DNA of 32,000 bases from Mycobacterium leprae TN (GTDB lineage: Bacteria > Actinomycetota > Actinomycetes > Mycobacteriales > Mycobacteriaceae). Below, piece after piece: positions 30,482 to 32,000 of the stretch. The stretch is taken from contig NC_002677.1 in assembly GCF_000195855.1 (NCBI RefSeq), positions 2,160,001 through 2,192,000 on the forward strand, in the 5' to 3' direction. The notes beneath the pieces were generated by a model, which worked only from the letters and a program-made list of their open reading frames with translations, did not search any database and was not told the origin of the DNA. Position 1 is the first letter of the stretch. Every line of letters begins with the position of its first letter. The position numbers were made by a program, and so were the translations under genes.

Positions 30482-31611
30482 CGACCGCTGGCCGCGGCCG
30501 CGGCCTGCGTCACCGAAGGTACTGAATGGCCTTGTTGCGGAAAAGAATTCACCTGTGGCAGGGCAACTGTCTGCAGAACACGGTTGATGACAATTTCCGG
30601 GGAGATTTCGTCGGCAAGCGCGTTGTAGGTTAGCACCAATCGGTGCCGTAGTACGTCGGGAATAACCTCGATGACGTCCTGCGGGATCACGTAGTCACGT
30701 CCCCTCACCAAAGCCAGCGACCGAGATGCCTTAATGATACCCAATGAAGCACGCGGGGAGGCGCCGAACGAGATCCACGTCTTAACATCGTTCATGCCCA
30801 GTTGCTCGGGGTGGCGGGTGGCGGTGACTACGCGCACCACATAGTCAACCAGCGCATGGTGAACGAAGTTGTTGGCCGAAATCTCCTGCAGCCGCAGCAG
30901 ATCGCCGGCATTCAAGATCTGTTTGGGCACTGGTGGGGTGACACCCATCCGGTAGATGATCTCCCGCTCCTCCTCGGGTGAAGGGTAGCCGACGTTGATC
31001 TTGAACAGGAAACGGTCGCGCTGCGCCTCGGGCAACAGATAAACACCCTCGTGCTCGATCGGGTTTTGCGTCGCCATCACCAGGAACGGGTTGGGCAATG
31101 GGAACGTCTTGCCCCCTATGGACACATGGCGTTCCTGCATAACCTCCAGCAGCGCCGACTGCACCTTAGCCGGGGCCCGGTTAATCTCATCGGCCAGCAG
31201 GAAATTGACCACCACCGGGCCAAGCTCAGTGTCGAATTCTTCCTTGCCTTGCCGATAGATACGGGTACCGATGATATCGGTGGGAACCAGGTCGGGGGTG
31301 AACTGGATGCGCGCGAAGGTCCCACCGACCACCCGCGCGAAGGTCTCCACTGCCAGCGTCTTGGCCACACCGGGAACACCCTCAAGCAGGACGTGTCCTT
31401 TGGACAGCAGACCGACTAGCATCCGCTCAACGAGTTGATCCTGGCCGACTATGACCCGCTTAACCTCGAAGATCGCACGCTCCAAGGTGTGCACCTCGGC
31501 AACCAACCCGTCAGCGCCACCCGGAGGCGCCTCATGAGCCCTCGGGCCTGATTGCCCACCCGGGCCCGAACAACCGTCGGCGCCCACGGGCAACCCTCCT
31601 GCTGATGTCAT
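30478..31611 (-). CDS. moxR1: MoxR-family AAA+ ATPase
   Basis: 377 aa from ATG 31611..31609, preceded by GAAAGGAGCGTG. Walker A GVPGVAKT, Walker B LLADEINRA, and sensor/arginine-finger regions. It is near-collinear with my memory of M. tuberculosis MoxR1 (MTSAGG..., 377 aa). I rejected the track TTG start at 31632. Confidence 0.93.
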   Translation of the reverse strand: MTSAGGLPVGADGCSGPGGQSGPRAHEAPPGGADGLVAEVHTLERAIFEVKRVIVGQDQLVERMLVGLLSKGHVLLEGVPGVAKTLAVETFARVVGGTFARIQFTPDLVPTDIIGTRIYRQGKEEFDTELGPVVVNFLLADEINRAPAKVQSALLEVMQERHVSIGGKTFPLPNPFLVMATQNPIEHEGVYLLPEAQRDRFLFKINVGYPSPEEEREIIYRMGVTPPVPKQILNAGDLLRLQEISANNFVHHALVDYVVRVVTATRHPEQLGMNDVKTWISFGASPRASLGIIKASRSLALVRGRDYVIPQDVIEVIPDVLRHRLVLTYNALADEISPEIVINRVLQTVALPQVNSFPQQGHSVPSVTQAAAAASGR

Positions 31612-31845
31612 CACGCTCCTTTCTCGGCTCAACCAACAAAGCCCAATCGGACACGACCCAATATCACGACATGTCCGCGTTCAACTATTCCAGGCCTCGT
31701 GGATTCCGTCGACGCCGCGGTTCCGTCGATCAATCCCCCAGTTCTTGAGCGGGCCGGAACGGCCCTAGGTGGAGAAACCCCAGCCGGAACAGCAGCTAGG
31801 TGCAAACCGTGCCGGCCCGGACCACCAGCTTGACAACGCACCGAA

Positions 31846-32000
31846 TCAAGACTCGATGATCCGAGTCACAAACGGCGTCATACCAGCCTTACGCACCGAG
31901 CTGACGGTGACTTTGCCGACGCTGCTAGATGCTTCCAACATCTGACCGTTGCCCAGATACATGGTGACATGCTGACCTCCACCCGGGCCGTAAAAAATCA
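31846..32000 (-). CDS. ripB: NlpC/P60 peptidoglycan endopeptidase, C-terminal end only (gene continues beyond window)
   Basis: The minus strand reads ..FYGPGGGQHVTMYLGNGQMLEASSSVGKVTVSSVRKAGMTPFVTRIIES-stop (TGA at 31848..31846). It has the catalytic His context HV.MY.G.G of NlpC/P60. The position next to moxR1 matches Rv1478. It is absent from the ORF track because there is no start codon in the window. Confidence 0.8.
   Translation of the reverse strand, partial: IFYGPGGGQHVTMYLGNGQMLEASSSVGKVTVSSVRKAGMTPFVTRIIES

Noticed and set aside
30478-31632. TTG 31632 as the moxR1 start, and ATG 24829 as the nfeD start
   Set aside because: Internal ATGs (31611 and 24787) are preceded by good SD sequences and/or reproduce the conserved N-termini (MTSAGG.., MPVALVWL..). 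The extensions look unconserved.
31704-31729. 9-bp direct repeat ttccgtcga spaced 17 bp apart, upstream of moxR1
   Set aside because: Summed over plausible spacings, several 9-mer repeats are expected by chance in the window. There is no further support.

Overview
This window looks like Mycobacterium leprae-type DNA. The ORF at 14297..14743 translates to what I recognise from memory as the M. leprae 18-kDa antigen (Hsp18). The coding pattern is typical of that genome: intact conserved operons sit next to long runs of frameshifted, stop-riddled gene wrecks.

Layout:
(a) 1..1360: a decayed Rv2258c-like gene lies divergent from an intact mycothiol-dependent Zn-ADH (mscR/adhE2-like).
(b) About 1.36-11.5 kb: a roughly 10-kb pseudogene field. 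It holds remnants of an MBL hydrolase, P450 genes, two DUF202 genes, an IS transposase, a yjcE Na+/H+ antiporter, an ABC ATPase, a TetR regulator and a P-loop kinase. Only one ORF there looks intact, a NYN/YacP-like gene.
(c) 11512..12720: an intact MalY/PatB-type aminotransferase. After it come a frameshifted MerR/HspR-like regulator, divergent from intact hsp18, then an ANTAR regulator pseudogene and a MazF-like remnant.
(d) 16.9-32 kb: a dense, mostly minus-strand block that from memory is syntenic with M. tuberculosis Rv1496 to Rv1478. It reads meaB, mutB, mutA, an SPFH/NfeD pair, an Rv1486c-like unknown on the plus strand, ferrochelatase, inhA, fabG1(mabA), a VWA protein, a DUF58 protein, moxR1 and the 3' end of ripB.

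I found no tRNA, rRNA, CRISPR array or RLEP-type repeat.

I do not see convincing evidence for a wholly new multi-gene system. The observations most worth follow-up are:
- a 55-bp near-perfect palindrome at 136..190
- the intact hsp18 paired with a dead divergent MerR regulator
- the synteny junction and toxin-antitoxin-like remnant at 14.8-16.9 kb
- intact but poorly understood modules kept in a reduced genome (MoxR-DUF58-VWA, NfeD-SPFH, the Rv1486c-like protein, the NYN protein)

Limits: pseudogene boundaries are approximate. Ortholog names and M. tuberculosis gene order are from memory, not from a search.
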